Assembly (NCBI GenBank): GCA_963693365.1
Contig: CAVNZM010000002.1
Location: forward strand, 744,001 to 808,000
Source: Amoebidium appalachense
Lineage: Eukaryota > Protista > Ichthyosporea
Length of the DNA stretch: 64,000 bases
Direction: 5' to 3'
The position numbers and the translations under genes were made by a program. The notes under the pieces were generated by a model that worked only from the letters and a program-made list of their open reading frames with translations, was not told the DNA's origin and did no database searches. Positions 14,133-27,023 of this stretch are shown in pieces. Each line of letters opens with the position of its first letter. The stretch's first letter is position 1.

Positions 14133-15117
14133 GTGCGCGTACGTATGTGGGTGTGGGTGTGTTTGGGGTGGGGTGGGGGGGGGGGGGGGGGGGGGGGAGG
14201 GCTAAAGAGAGGGTGGAGAATAAGAGGTGGAAAAACTAGAAACCATGACGACGGAGGGGTGTCAGAATCGTTTCCAACAGGCAGGATGACATTTCCTCCC
14301 AAAATCACAATACATCCCCACCCCCCTCCCCCCGCCCCTGCCCCCTCCCTCCTCTTCATAATGAGTGAAAAATAGCGTCCTGCACGCGACACATGCAGAT
14401 GCACATGAACACACATACACAAACACACACTGCACATCACACACAGGATGAACCTACTCGGCAAGTACACACACCAAGACCCATTCCAACGACTCGAAAC
14501 CACAGAGCTAGCAAGGACTTTCGAAACAGGCAGAAGCAGGTTGACACAGAGAGCGAGGGGGGGGAAGGGGGGGGGGGGGGGGTGGACCTTTCACTACGAA
14601 GCTGTAATAGGGCCCAGGCATTTTCAACTCTCTGGTTTGGGGATAAATATGTGAAAGGGCATAGGTGAGATGGGTTAAGGTCGGAGCTCTTGTTTAAGGA
14701 GACTGAAGTGCTTTTAGTTACACACAGCGAGCACTTCCCTGCATTGTGTTGTTACTATGCACATGTCGTAAAGGAAGAATAATATCGACACGGGATAGAG
14801 AGAGCACTTGAACGTGGTTTCTTTAACGACGAAGTTGGCACTTCGTCATGGCAATATTTCCCTGGCCAACGCCTAAAAAAGTCAAGTGCCATATATGGAT
14901 AAAACCGGTCACTGCACTTTGTGACATACGGAGCGAAATGGGTGGCATAATCTGTGCCATTTCATACACTTCATAATGACATCACCTTCAAAATACCCAC
15001 CTAATCGTAGTTTTTCTGTCTGGAAAAGACAAGTGGTGCGGGTGAGCAAGGTAAGGGACCAGAACAGGCACCTAGGGGGAGGTGGTGTGTGTATGTGTGT
15101 GAGGGGGGGGGGGGGGG

Positions 15118-15181
<64 letters not shown>

Positions 15182-15251
15182 TACACACACACACACACAC
15201 ACACTTGGCCCACCAGTAGAAGATTGGGGGAGAGGGGGGGATTTGAATGCA

Positions 15252-15293
<42 letters not shown>

Positions 15294-15380
15294 ACTACCT
15301 GTAGAGAATGGGTCGTGGCAGAGACAGACAGTGGTTGCCGAGCACATTGTGGTGGGGGTGTTGCAGTGATCCCAGCAGGG

Positions 15381-15417
<37 letters not shown>

Positions 15418-15474
15418 ATGAACGTGGATGTGTGCTTGTGTGTGTGCACGTGTGTGTGTGTGCGTGCGCGCGTG

Positions 15475-15513
<39 letters not shown>

Positions 15514-16531
15514 ATGGGGGGGGAAAGGGGGGAGGGAGGAGGGGACACTGGGAAAGAGTTGGTAAGTTCCCCCACATCCCCTCTCCCCCCCTCTCCCGGT
15601 TCGCTTTCGCCTCCCTGTTTCTGCTCCATCGGTGCTGCTGGATGCCGGGGAAACAAAAGGTAATAAAGCCACACATGTGTTGGAAGAGAGAGACAGAAAG
15701 AGTAGGAGAGAGGGAGATAGGGAAGGGCACAGGGAGAGAGGGAAGTGGGGAGGGAGATAAGGGGGATAGTGAGGGGAAGAGAGGAGGGAAGGACAGAGGT
15801 TAGGAGAGAGTAAGAAAGAGATGAGCAGGAGAGAGAGAGAGAGAAAGGTTAGGAGAAAGCGAGACAGAGAAAGAGCAGGGGAGAGAGAGAGAGAGAGAAA
15901 GGACGGAGGTTAGGAGAGAGCGAGACAAAGAAAGAGTGAGAGAGAGAGAGAGTGTGTGTGTGTGAGGGAGGGAGGGAGGGATGGAGGGAGAGAGATGGCA
16001 ACAGCGAAGGGGAAAAAAGGGAGGGAGAGAGAGAGAGCGCACCCCCCTCCCCCCCCCCCCCTCCCCCCCCCCCCCCCCCCCCGCCCCCCTCTCCCCAGCA
16101 AAAAAAAACAAACAAACAAAAAAAAAAACATATGCCGTGCACACTCACCGTGACTCTCTCCAAGTCCGCCGCATCCTGCTTGTGATCCTTCCCCTCGCTA
16201 CCGTCAATAATGTCGCCTGCACAAACATAAACCCGATAAGGTGTTAAATTATGTGCGATTTGCGCTCAGCAAGATTAGGGCTGCGGCCAAAGAAAAAGAA
16301 AAAAGCAATAGCTGTGTACAACTATGATCTGCGATATTTGAGGCAGATAAAAATAGAAACAAAAAATTAAAAAAGAAAAAATTGAGAGCTCCTCACTGTG
16401 AGAAGACTCAATTGGAGAGACTTGATAAAGTGTGTGTAACTGGGCATAAGGAGCTGTGTACGTGAGAGAGACAGACTATGCAAGGACGTGTGTGCGTGCG
16501 TGCGTGCGTGCGCGCGCGCGCGCGCGCGCGC

Positions 16532-16583
<52 letters not shown>

Positions 16584-17508
16584 TGTGTGTGTGTGTGCGT
16601 GCGTGCGTGTGCGTGCGTGCACACGCACGTATCACAGCTCTTTCTTGTGTATGTAATAGAGTTTGCAGGCAGCAAGAAAGGACAACACAGGCTGGGTTGG
16701 ATCCTATTTGGCCGTACACAGTTCGAAGTATTCATGAACACGGGGTAGCATCATTCAGACGTATGGAAATGTCAACACACACAATATGCAACTTAGGTAG
16801 AGCTCATCCTGAAAGCAGGAAGAGGGGGGGGGGGGGGGGGGTAGAACAATCGGTAACAACAGAAGAAGGGGGGGTAACTTGAGCTACGACCTGTTCATGG
16901 GAACAACGATTGGGGGGAGGGGGGGGGGAGAAGGGGGGAGGAGGAGGTGAAGGGGGCTAAATGGGGTATGTATGTGACTCAAATGTCAAATGACTGGGAG
17001 GAAGGGGGGGGGGGGGGGGGGGGGGGGGGGTGGTCAATGAAAAGGTCACTGCAATATGTGCGGTGCAAGAAAACCCTACGTTGTCTTGTGGGTAAAAATC
17101 CCCTTTCGGATATTATTGGGTAGGTACGTAATTCTGGTTGGTATTGTGGGGTTTGGTGTCATTAAGGAACGAGAATTGATTGGGTACTCTAATTAAAGTT
17201 GTCGTTATCCACGAGACTCTCGACATGAAAGTGATCGAACCTTCAAGAGTCGCTATTTTTTGGGTGTTGAACTGTAATAAGCAACAAAACACCTCGTTAC
17301 TCTGTGTGATACATGTGGTTTACTTATTTAGGCGACAGATTTTTTCCCTTTAAAGGAAACATTTCCGAAGGCTTGGTTTATCATTGATACGGCAGGGAGC
17401 CGGTCGCAACAGAGTTCGTTTGGTCGGTTTTAGCCCAGAAGGACCCCTTCCCCCATCCCCCCTCCCCCCTCCACCCCCCTCCCCGCCCCCCTTCTCCCCC
17501 TCCAACTT

Positions 17509-17548
<40 letters not shown>

Positions 17549-18329
17549 ACACCACCACCACCACCACCAGGATAAGGTGAAAGCGGAAAGAAGTAAACAC
17601 GAAGGCACGTAGAACCAAACAAAGTACAAGAAATATGGTAGGACTGTAGTGGGTGTGTATGTGGGTGTGAGTTAGGGGTGGTTTTTTTTTTTGTTTTTTT
17701 TCTTTGGGGGGGGGGGGGGAGGGGGGTTGGGTTGGGGGAGGAAGGAGTGAGATAAAACACCAAAACAATAAACCCTGCTGTGTTAAAGCCAACTGCGAGT
17801 CCCCCCCCCCCCCCCTCCCCCCGCGCTACGCCAACCTCCTTCCCGCCACCCTCTCCCCCTACATAGATGTTTTTTGCTGTGTGTGTGGGGGGGGGGGGGA
17901 GGGGGGGGTAAAAGAAAGAGGAAACGAGCAAAGACACAGCAGGAGGAAATGAAAGAAGAGCAATAGTGTTGCAAGTGACGAGGAGGGGGTGGGTGGGGGG
18001 ACATGGAGAGTCCCTAGAGACAAATCAAGAGATTGGGAGACTAAGAGGGGGAGGGGCAGCGAGGGGCAGAAGGACGGGAGGGGAAGCAGGGGGGGGGGGA
18101 AGGCGGCCGCAGAGTGGGGGGGGGGGGGGGGGGGGGGAGAGGGGGGGGGGGGGGGGGAGGGGGGGGAGGGGGGGGGGAGTAAGTGAAATACACCTCAAGG
18201 GAGTTGAAGAGAGGACGGGAAGAAGGGAGATCTTGAGGTCGGGGAGGTAGGAAAGAAATGAGTGGGGAGATCGGAAGCACCACGGAGGCGAGAGGGGAGT
18301 TGGCGAAGAAAGACAAAGAGTAGACGGGG

Positions 18330-18368
<39 letters not shown>

Positions 18369-18728
18369 GCTGCACGTAACAGCTGCCCACTATAGTTGTG
18401 TGTCTGAATTTCAGATCCAGAAAAGGTGTGCACGGATGAGAGGCTGAAAGGATGTACAGGGTAGAACAGAAAGTAGGTTCAGGCGCCTGACTGGAGAAGG
18501 GGGAAGGGGGAGGGGAGACAGGGGAGACAGGAGAGCGAGAAAGGTTGGTGGGGGTGGGGAGAAGGGGGGGGAGGGGGGGGGGGGGGGGGAGAAGAGAGAT
18601 AGAGGGGGGGGAGGGGGAGGGAGGGAGGGGGGGGGGGGGGAGGGAGGGAGGGAGGGAGGCAGGGAGGGAGGGAGGGAGGGAGGGAGGGAGGGAGGGGGAG
18701 AGAGAGGGGGGGGAGAGAGTGTGCGTGT

Positions 18729-18759
<31 letters not shown>

Positions 18760-19113
18760 GAAGAGAGAGAGAGAGAGAGACGGAGAAAGAGAGAGAAAGA
18801 GAGAGGATGTAGGAAAGAAAGAGAGAAAGAGAGAAGGAAGGAAGGGAGGGAAATCCCCAAAAGACAAAAGAAGGGGGGGAGGGGGGAGAGGGGGAGAGGG
18901 GGGGGGGGGGGGGGGGGGGAGGGGGGGGAGGGAGGGAGGCATACCCAACTGGATGGTGAAGTCAAGGTCGCTGCGTGCGTTAAAGTCTGCCACCGCCTTC
19001 TTCAGCCACCCGTATGCACCTTTAAAGTTCTTGTATGCCTTTAAGGGGTCCGCATCCTTGTCCCCATACTGCACGTCGGTCACCACACCGAACCGAACGG
19101 CGGTGGTAGACAT
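12120..19113 (-). CDS. ADPRM: Mn2+-dependent ADP-ribose/CDP-alcohol diphosphatase (calcineurin-like metallophosphoesterase), ~299 aa
   Basis: Seven phase-compatible GT-AG exons: 19113-18945, 16216-16149, 15381-15299, 14631-14588, 13720-13578, 13215-13131, 12427-12120. Motifs [54 protein letters not shown] and [20 protein letters not shown]. Confidence 0.92.
13708..13872. repeat. 57-bp tandem triplication spanning the 3' splice site of ADPRM exon 5
   Basis: ATAAACCGCCACCCTGCATGGGGATTTGGATTTTAAGTCTAAAATCTT... starts at 13708, 13765 and 13822. Confidence 0.95.
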
Positions 19114-20623
19114 CGTCTCGGACCACAGAGAGGGAAACAACTATGTGGCCGAATGGAAGTGACCTGAGGTGTGATGGGCCGTGGCTGGGTGGAGAATGGG
19201 TTGGTCCGGAGGCTGAGGAAAGTCGATAACGAGTAGCGTGCAAGAGGGGACTGTGCGAGGGTGATCACATGGCAAGTATTATGACGTGGTGGCGCCGAGG
19301 CTTTTTTTGGCCCCCTTCCCCCCCCCCCCCCCCTCCCCAGGGGGGGGAGGACGAGGGGGATCTTCCTGTTGGACGAATAGGTCCATGTTGAAGAATATTA
19401 GTCGATCTTCTCAGTGTACGTACGGCTAATGGAAAGTGCACGTAAGCCAAAACGAAATAAGATGAATAAACGACAACTAATAACATATTTCATTCATTCA
19501 AGAAGAATGTGTTTTCTGAAAAACCGCATATAGTGAACTGGGATAGAGGTTTTTGCAACCTCTTCGATTCGAAGAGTTCGACTTCTCAAGCTGTAAATCT
19601 TGTACTCGGACTACCTCAGTTATTGGCTTTCATCGATTGGCTAAATGTCAAGAGGTGCAAGCTCACTTATCGCCGGTAACCAATTATAGGAGTCATTGTC
19701 AGGGAAGAAGTTATCCCTGAAATGTTAACAGAAAATGTATCAATAGTTTGTTTTCAAGATTTTTCTGTATCAATGATTCTGGGGCAACTATTTTGCATGT
19801 AAATAGAGGTTTATATATGGGCATTGAACAAAAGTCTGACAGAATGATAAAGCTTATATGGTCACTGCCCGGCAACAGCTTTGACTTATTTCTCTTTCTC
19901 ATTGGGTAAAAGATCGCCTATTCTTATTGTAGCCAATAGGTGGAATGGATCTTGCAACTGATTTTTGAAATCTTCCCAGGCTTCCGGTGGGGCGCAAAAT
20001 GTATCATATAGTTACTGGCACGATAATCCAAGCTTGATTAAATGAAGATAGATTTTGAAAGTAACGTCTTCACTACAGCTGTAACCACTTTAGAATGTTG
20101 CATATATGCGAAAACATGTGCCCTCGTGTTTTGAAGTTTGAACTCGGCCCGTCCTTGCATGCTGAGTCATACGATGGTTCGTTCACAGCCAATCAGTGTG
20201 TAGCGCCTGGTGTTCACCTTAGAGCAAAGATTATGGACCCCAAACTCGGGCCACGCTGGACGGAATGGTAGGAAGTTTGGTACGCTTGCCATTTATTGTA
20301 AAGAAATTATAGAAATAAAAACCAGCCCTAGAGCATGAATCTAAATTATTGTTTGAAGAATATATATGAAGCTCTTGAGGAGAGAGCTTTAAGGTATGCG
20401 CGTCTCCAGTAGTGAAGAAGTTTTTTGTAGAATCGCACATTTTCAGGAAGTTTAACCTCAGTCATCGAATCCTGCCGAAATATCCCCGGACAGCTGAGTG
20501 TCTGGGCCGCACCATAAAAATGCTACAATGGAGGCAGGCTGAGTCAAATTTTATTGTTGTAGCGTGAAGCCGTTTCCCTTTCTGATATTTAGCTGTTACA
20601 AGTCTTGTCTTCCTTTATCAAAA

Positions 20624-21583
20624 ATGGCACCCCACGCAAATGTGGACATCATCGATGCATCTAGTACAGATCTAGAGGTGACCTTGCATAACATGTGTGC
20701 AGATTTCGCCAAGGTCTCACTTGCCAAACAAACAGAAAAGCAAAACCAAACTCAGACGGTGTTTACGCACGAGTGCTCAAACGGTCACTCGCAGTCGTGC
20801 ATATGTTGTCTCCTCGACACCCATCGGCATCAGATTTCTACCCTTCGAACGAGTTTAAGGGAGACAGCCAAAACGGTTGATGATTTGTGGCTTCTGAGAT
20901 TTGTTCTCTCTTTCCCGGATGCGGCCGATGCTATTCAGGCTGCTACCAAAGCCGTAGAGTGGAGACAGGAGAATGACGAGCTTCTTAACTGGGCAAGAAT
21001 TGGAATTCCTCCCAAACACAATGATATTATTACACAGAACTTTGCCTCGGCCTTTCACGGATTCACGGAAGATGGATCACCCATCAACGTTACACGTTTG
21101 GGTTACATGACGCCCAAAAACATCAGTTCAACTGTCCCTGAAAACGAACTCCATGACTGGTTTATGTACCAGAAGGAGCGCTGTTTTTTGATGTGCGACG
21201 AAGCCACACGCAGAACGGGCCGCTTGGTGAAATCTGTAAATTTCATTGACTTCTCGGGTGCAAAGCTCCTTTCAGGCAGAGACAAAATGTGTGAGAAAGT
21301 ACTGAGCGAAACATCTAAACTTGGCGAGAGCATATACCCGCAGTTGGTTCATCAGAGTGTGCTCTTCAACATACCCACCGGGTTTGGATGGGCTGTTTCG
21401 GTTCTGAAAAAGCTACTCCCCAAGAAGATGGCAGATAAGATTGTTGTGTGTTCGATACCCACGTACTATGGTGGGGAGGAAATAGCAAAGTGTCCCGTTC
21501 TAAAGCCACTGGTCTGTCTCGACACACTTCCTAGTTCCCTAGGTGGGAGGTGTAAGTGTGCAGAGTGGGTGTGTGCCAAATAG
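20624..21583 (+). CDS. CRAL-TRIO/Sec14-like lipid-binding protein, single exon (~319 aa)
   Basis: DDLWLLRFVLS...A....EWR (CRAL-TRIO N), HGFTEDGSPINVTRLG, FIDFSGA, YPQLV....FNIP..F.WA....KKLLP....DKI and LPSSLGG.CKC. First ATG at 20624 in an AAAATG context. Confidence 0.88.
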   Translation: MAPHANVDIIDASSTDLEVTLHNMCADFAKVSLAKQTEKQNQTQTVFTHECSNGHSQSCICCLLDTHRHQISTLRTSLRETAKTVDDLWLLRFVLSFPDAADAIQAATKAVEWRQENDELLNWARIGIPPKHNDIITQNFASAFHGFTEDGSPINVTRLGYMTPKNISSTVPENELHDWFMYQKERCFLMCDEATRRTGRLVKSVNFIDFSGAKLLSGRDKMCEKVLSETSKLGESIYPQLVHQSVLFNIPTGFGWAVSVLKKLLPKKMADKIVVCSIPTYYGGEEIAKCPVLKPLVCLDTLPSSLGGRCKCAEWVCAK

Positions 21584-22715
21584 AAAGTAGGGTGACCTTC
21601 CCAGGTAGCGAAGCTTCGTAGCGTAAACTACTCAAGAGTGTGGCTAGGTGTTAGGGGATAGCTGGTTCTGTGATGGCGAATGTGGTTGGGTGTGTGCTGG
21701 GTATAGAGCACTTGTTTAAGTAAATTCTATCGAATGATTAATGTCGTGCTGCTGGCCGCAGGAGGGAGCCATGGTGAGCTGCACTTTGTTTGTGATGTGT
21801 CCATGGCAGTTGATGATGTATAAGCTACTTACTGTACATAGCCGAAGTTCAGTGATGCGAATAAATTTTTTTCTTTATGCCTGAAGTGGCGTCCTTTCAG
21901 ACGACAGCTTGAATAAAAGAAGTTGTTTTTTAATTCTAACTCGATACTTTCTGTGCATCATTTCCCACATCGGCACTGGTATCCTAACGTGCAGGGGAGC
22001 TGCTAGTGCTGGGGTGCTGAAGCTCAGGTGTATGCGCAGGAGCTACAAAGTAGACCTAGGGACACCGCGGCGCTTCGATTGAGGCACTTTTTCAATACAC
22101 CTGTGGTTTTAAATGTTAGCTGGAGAAAGAAAGCGGGAAATGTCAGCTTACACACTCCAACACGGGCATGTCTGTTCACCTCGGATCAGTCGACTGGCCT
22201 CCCTCGACCACGAGAACACAACTGACTGAGTACATGCATGGCATCTGTTTTAGTTTGCATATGGGTCTTGGGAGATCATATTGGTGCCGTTTTAGCCAAT
22301 GAACAAGGCTGATGCACCGGCAATTTTATAACTGCCCTTTGAACAGTTATTCATTTATGATTCGCTAATGTATAGCTATAACTGGCTAATAGTCAAATTT
22401 TTACGGTAAATTGAATACCGATTCGTTCAGTGTCATATATTGTGCAGAAGCACATATTTGTAGCCAACCATTTTGTATATAAGCGAGACAATTGTGGATC
22501 ACCCTGCTCATTTTTGACCAAATCACGGCGGCGCGCAGCCTTGCACCTGTCTGTGTGCATAGAATTTGCTGTACTGGGGCTTCTTCTCTCGTTTCCTAAC
22601 ACCAGTGAAGGAAAAAACGGAATAAATAACAGATATATTTAGCGGCAATATCCCGGATTCTCTAAAACAAAAACAAAACCGTTGGGCATCTAGCTAAAGT
22701 GATACGATTATAAAC

Positions 22716-24494
22716 ATGGATGAACAACAAGAATTCCCCATGGCCCCAGGTCCAGGCATCTCTAATTCCACCAATTGCACATGTACATGCTGTTGCCACA
22801 ACGAAGACAAGCACCTCGGGTCGGAGTTTATGCGGCTGGAAGGCCTTCTAAAGCGATGCATGGCCCTGCTATGTACAGTGCAGCGCTCTCGGGACGAGAT
22901 TCACTTCAGCCTCACACTCGCAGAAGAAACCGCACGGCAACGGGAAGCAGAACTGCAAAACGTCACACGGCAGCTACAGAGGCTGGAAAAGAGTTATAAT
23001 GATTTGAAAGTGGAGGCAGAGGCGCGTAGAAAGGCACTGCTCGAAGCCAACGAGCAACCTGCAAGCGCTAGCGCATCATCACACGTAGGCACACCGGGTT
23101 CTCGCAGGGGAACGGTGAACAGTCGACGCAACAGCCAAACGGCAGCACAGGAGGGGCTTATGGCCGAGCTGTTTACCAGCGACAGCTCGCCTGATATGCG
23201 TCACGTGTTTGATGCAGCGTGTGACTCGGTCGATAACGCTGCCCGCGGTTCGGCTGCAAGTGTGGCAGGCCCCGAGAGTACTGCTGGTGGCACAACACAT
23301 AACAGAAAGGGGAGTGATGTGTCCCTAATCGCACAAAACGAATCGTCCTCCAGCAACCCAACTCCCCAGGGGTCGCCCGTAACACAGCGCACACCTAACT
23401 TAAGCCCCGCAACCCGGCGCTCGATCATTGGTAACGTCACGAAAGTAAGCCGTCCACGTTCCATCAGCTTATCGCCACGCACTGCGCACGCAAATTCAAT
23501 GCAGAAGCCATTGAACGAACCACCTTCTAACTCGGACATCACACCACCACGAAGTGCCCCGTTCGACCAAACAACATTTGCGCAAGCTACTGGTGCCACC
23601 ACCGAATTTTCCGACGGAAGTCGGCAACAAAGCGGGGAAAACTCTACGACAAACATTAACCCTCTCACCACCGCTACTGAAGCAGTTACACGTACGGGGA
23701 GCATGGCTGCACGTGCGTTAACAGGCATCCTCAAGCGCTCCATGTCTGTGAGTTGGAAGGGCGGCCCGCCGAAAGAAAGACGGCACAGGCGCAATAAGAG
23801 TACGGAGGGGGTTGGTGAACCGGGGGATGAAACACAAACTGGCGCCAGCCCAGCAGATTCGCCCACCACGTTTAGAAACGGTAGTCGCGGGGCATTGCTG
23901 TGTGGACAGACACCCATTGCAGAGGAAGACGAGGACATCACTGAGTTACCTACCCGAGATATGGCTATGGCCGAGAGAACTGTGAGTGGCGTGAGAAAAT
24001 CAATATCTACACCGTCGGTTTCCAGCAGCAAATTCACAGTCGGCGATGAAAATTTGATGCCGCCGGTGGATGGTAACGGCGAGGAAACAGTGAGTAGTCA
24101 GGCCTTACCGGTCACAGAGGGTGTCTCTTCCGAGCAAGAACACGGTGCCCCAAGTCCAAAACAAAGGAAGGAAAAGGATTTTTCCAAACGGCGTTCCGGG
24201 AGTACGGCGCCGGGGGTTCTATTCACTAGCGGCAGGGGGTTACTATTAACGAAACCCCCACCCACAACCGAAAAACCGAATACGAACAACACTCGACCAA
24301 AGGAAGAACCACCGTGTTCCCCAGTCACCGGCGTTTGTGTTAACCCAATTGGGGATGACGCTACTGGTAGGGAAAATGCACGACACGCAGATCCACTGCG
24401 GGGCGTAAGGATGGAGTTGATTGGAAGGGCTGGCGGAGCGCACCTGAATGACACCCCACCCCCTCATCTACTTTTGCACAAAGTGAGGCCGTAG
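22716..24494 (+). CDS. Hypothetical protein (592 aa): N-terminal coiled coil followed by a long Ser/Thr/Pro-rich disordered region
   Basis: Long uninterrupted ORF in complex, non-microsatellite sequence, with a heptad-like segment (EETARQREAELQNVTRQLQRLEKSYNDLKVEAEARRKALLE). A possible donor at 24483 could extend the C-terminus. Confidence 0.7.
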   Translation: MDEQQEFPMAPGPGISNSTNCTCTCCCHNEDKHLGSEFMRLEGLLKRCMALLCTVQRSRDEIHFSLTLAEETARQREAELQNVTRQLQRLEKSYNDLKVEAEARRKALLEANEQPASASASSHVGTPGSRRGTVNSRRNSQTAAQEGLMAELFTSDSSPDMRHVFDAACDSVDNAARGSAASVAGPESTAGGTTHNRKGSDVSLIAQNESSSSNPTPQGSPVTQRTPNLSPATRRSIIGNVTKVSRPRSISLSPRTAHANSMQKPLNEPPSNSDITPPRSAPFDQTTFAQATGATTEFSDGSRQQSGENSTTNINPLTTATEAVTRTGSMAARALTGILKRSMSVSWKGGPPKERRHRRNKSTEGVGEPGDETQTGASPADSPTTFRNGSRGALLCGQTPIAEEDEDITELPTRDMAMAERTVSGVRKSISTPSVSSSKFTVGDENLMPPVDGNGEETVSSQALPVTEGVSSEQEHGAPSPKQRKEKDFSKRRSGSTAPGVLFTSGRGLLLTKPPPTTEKPNTNNTRPKEEPPCSPVTGVCVNPIGDDATGRENARHADPLRGVRMELIGRAGGAHLNDTPPPHLLLHKVRP

Positions 24495-24855
24495 TTGGCT
24501 GGGGAGTGGCATATTTCAGGTAGGCATAGATAGTGCGGCACAATATTGGCGCTACTGAGGCTGCCGCAGTAAATAAGGCATTTGTAGCAGCATCAAACAC
24601 AGAAGGCTGCAATACTGGTATGTAGGTAGAAGTGCCTATGAAAAACCAACGTGGTGGTAAATGTGGGTCGTGTGTCGCTTGTCGTATCTTCAAACTTTAA
24701 GTTTAACTCAGCGACCTAGCAATACAACAAACTAAGTAAAGCACAGTAAACTTGAGCGGCTAGCCTAATTCGGACCATCTACATAGCACGGTGTCGTACG
24801 TGGAAGAGGTGCACCGTGCACTGCACTGCTACAGCTGGTTAAGAACTTGCTGTGT

Positions 24856-24891
<36 letters not shown>

Positions 24892-25927
24892 GCACATGCT
24901 ATGATTTGAACCAACCAACCGCTTTTCCCATTTTAGCATCTGGGCGGTGAGCCATATTGAGCGTTGTGACTGTGTGTGTGTTGTAACTGTGTGTGCCCCG
25001 TGTGTGCGTGCGTGACTGTGTGTGCGTGTGTCTGTGTGTGTGTGTGAAGTCCGGTGGGTTTGTATCTGTATATTTAATTTGGGGTTGGTGAGTGTGGGGG
25101 GTGGGGAAGGGTGGGGGGGGGGGGGGGTGAGTTGTGTTCTCCATCACGGAACACACTGTTACGTATATACTGTTTAAGGGATTCTTGATTTTGAAACGGG
25201 GAGAGGACCGGGTAGTAGTAACTTTGCGGGAGGGGGAGGCCACCCTCCTCCTCCTTCCCCCCTCCTCCTCCCCCCCCCCCCCCCTTTGGATAGGTGCCCA
25301 CCCCCCCCCTCCCCCCCTCCCCTCACTCACACCTCCAGCTAGCAAGGGGAAGAGGGGGGAGGAGGTGGGGGGGTGGACCCACCACCCACCTGAGTAGGTG
25401 ACCCCCCCCCACCCAAGAGAGGGGGGAGAGGGGGGGGGGGGGGAGGGGGGGGAAGGAAACACCCACCCCATGGACTGTCATAATGTGACCATATCAGACA
25501 ACCCCTTGGAATAATACTATAATGTAGCAGCGGTGTAAATACATTACCAACTTCTGAAACCGTTATCATTGAGGCTAACTAATATTATATAGGATTCCTT
25601 GATCACCTGAAACCCACGCCATATGTCACACGGTCATGTCCTCCCCCTCCCCCCCCCTCCCCTCCCACTCATCTCAGTCTAGTCGTTCCACTGCGCGCAC
25701 ACACACACACTTTTCCCACTTATTTAATTCACACGTGCCTGCAAAAGCATGCACCACACATGCCCACGAGGTGTGCAAACTTTGACCAACGATGAGCACC
25801 CGGCATATGCACTCGGATACACTCACCCACACCACACACACATACATTCCCAGCCACATACGAACACTGCACGGTGGGCACGATAACCTTGCCCCAATCA
25901 TTTATAATATAAAGAAATAGTTGACCC

Positions 25928-25968
<41 letters not shown>

Positions 25969-25971
25969 TGT

Positions 25972-26018
<47 letters not shown>

Positions 26019-26110
26019 CGAGCCCGTATGCACGTGCATTTACTTGTGTAAATGAGCGGGGTGGGGGACTGGGGGGAAGAGGTAATTACGTGGGGCGGGA
26101 GGGGCCGGGG

Positions 26111-26150
<40 letters not shown>

Positions 26151-26339
26151 GAGGGGGGGAGGGGGGGAGGGGGGGAGGGGGGACCGGGGGAGTCGTTAAA
26201 AATTGTTATAGAGCATATAATACACATTTATTTGCGGTGGGCCACAGCGGTGCAACACAAAGAAAATTGCAAAGAGCACAAAATGAGACAGTCACTCAGT
26301 ATGCATCCGGCCGAAGAGCACCAGCACGAAGAGGTGGGA

Positions 26340-26385
<46 letters not shown>

Positions 26386-26425
26386 ATGGCCGCGTGACTG
26401 TGGTGTGTTTGTGTGTTTTAGGAGG

Positions 26426-26461
<36 letters not shown>

Positions 26462-26977
26462 AGGATATGCATCGGTACTGAGCCAAAGCGGAACTTGGGA
26501 ATTCCTCAAAAAAAAATTAACGAACACGACCTTTGGTGGGTGGAAAAGAGACTGCCATGATTACACACGTGTGCCACGCGGGTTGGGGGTGGGGTGTATG
26601 GGTGTGTGTGTCACGGGGGGGGAGGGGGGGGGGAGGACCCACCTGGGCAAGTGGGGTCACGTCCCCCCCCCCCCCCCCTCCCCCTCCCTCCCTTTCCCCG
26701 CCCCCCCGCAGGTGGCTACCCAAACTGTTGGAGTGGGTGGAGAAGGGGGCCCCGGTATCAAGAGAGGTATGTCGATCCTTAATACTATACTATGTAGAAG
26801 TCCCCCGTGTTACACCCCGTTTCAAATTCAAAAAACTCTGACGTCCATGCAGGTGTCTCATGCTGGCAGCATGCAAGTTTGTTTTTTTAATTCCGAGCGT
26901 TGCACGTAATTACTAGGCTGACATCATGATATGGGGGGCAAAAAATCATCTCTCTCTCTCTCTTTTTTTTTTTTTTT

Positions 26978-27023
<46 letters not shown>

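Noticed and set aside
14760-14810. Alternative ADPRM exon reading [12 protein letters not shown]
   Set aside because: Weak acceptor and no compatible downstream junction; 14631-14588 ([15 protein letters not shown]) fits both phases and the family motif.
23201-24037. 278-aa minus-strand ORF
   Set aside because: Antisense shadow of the 592-aa ORF.
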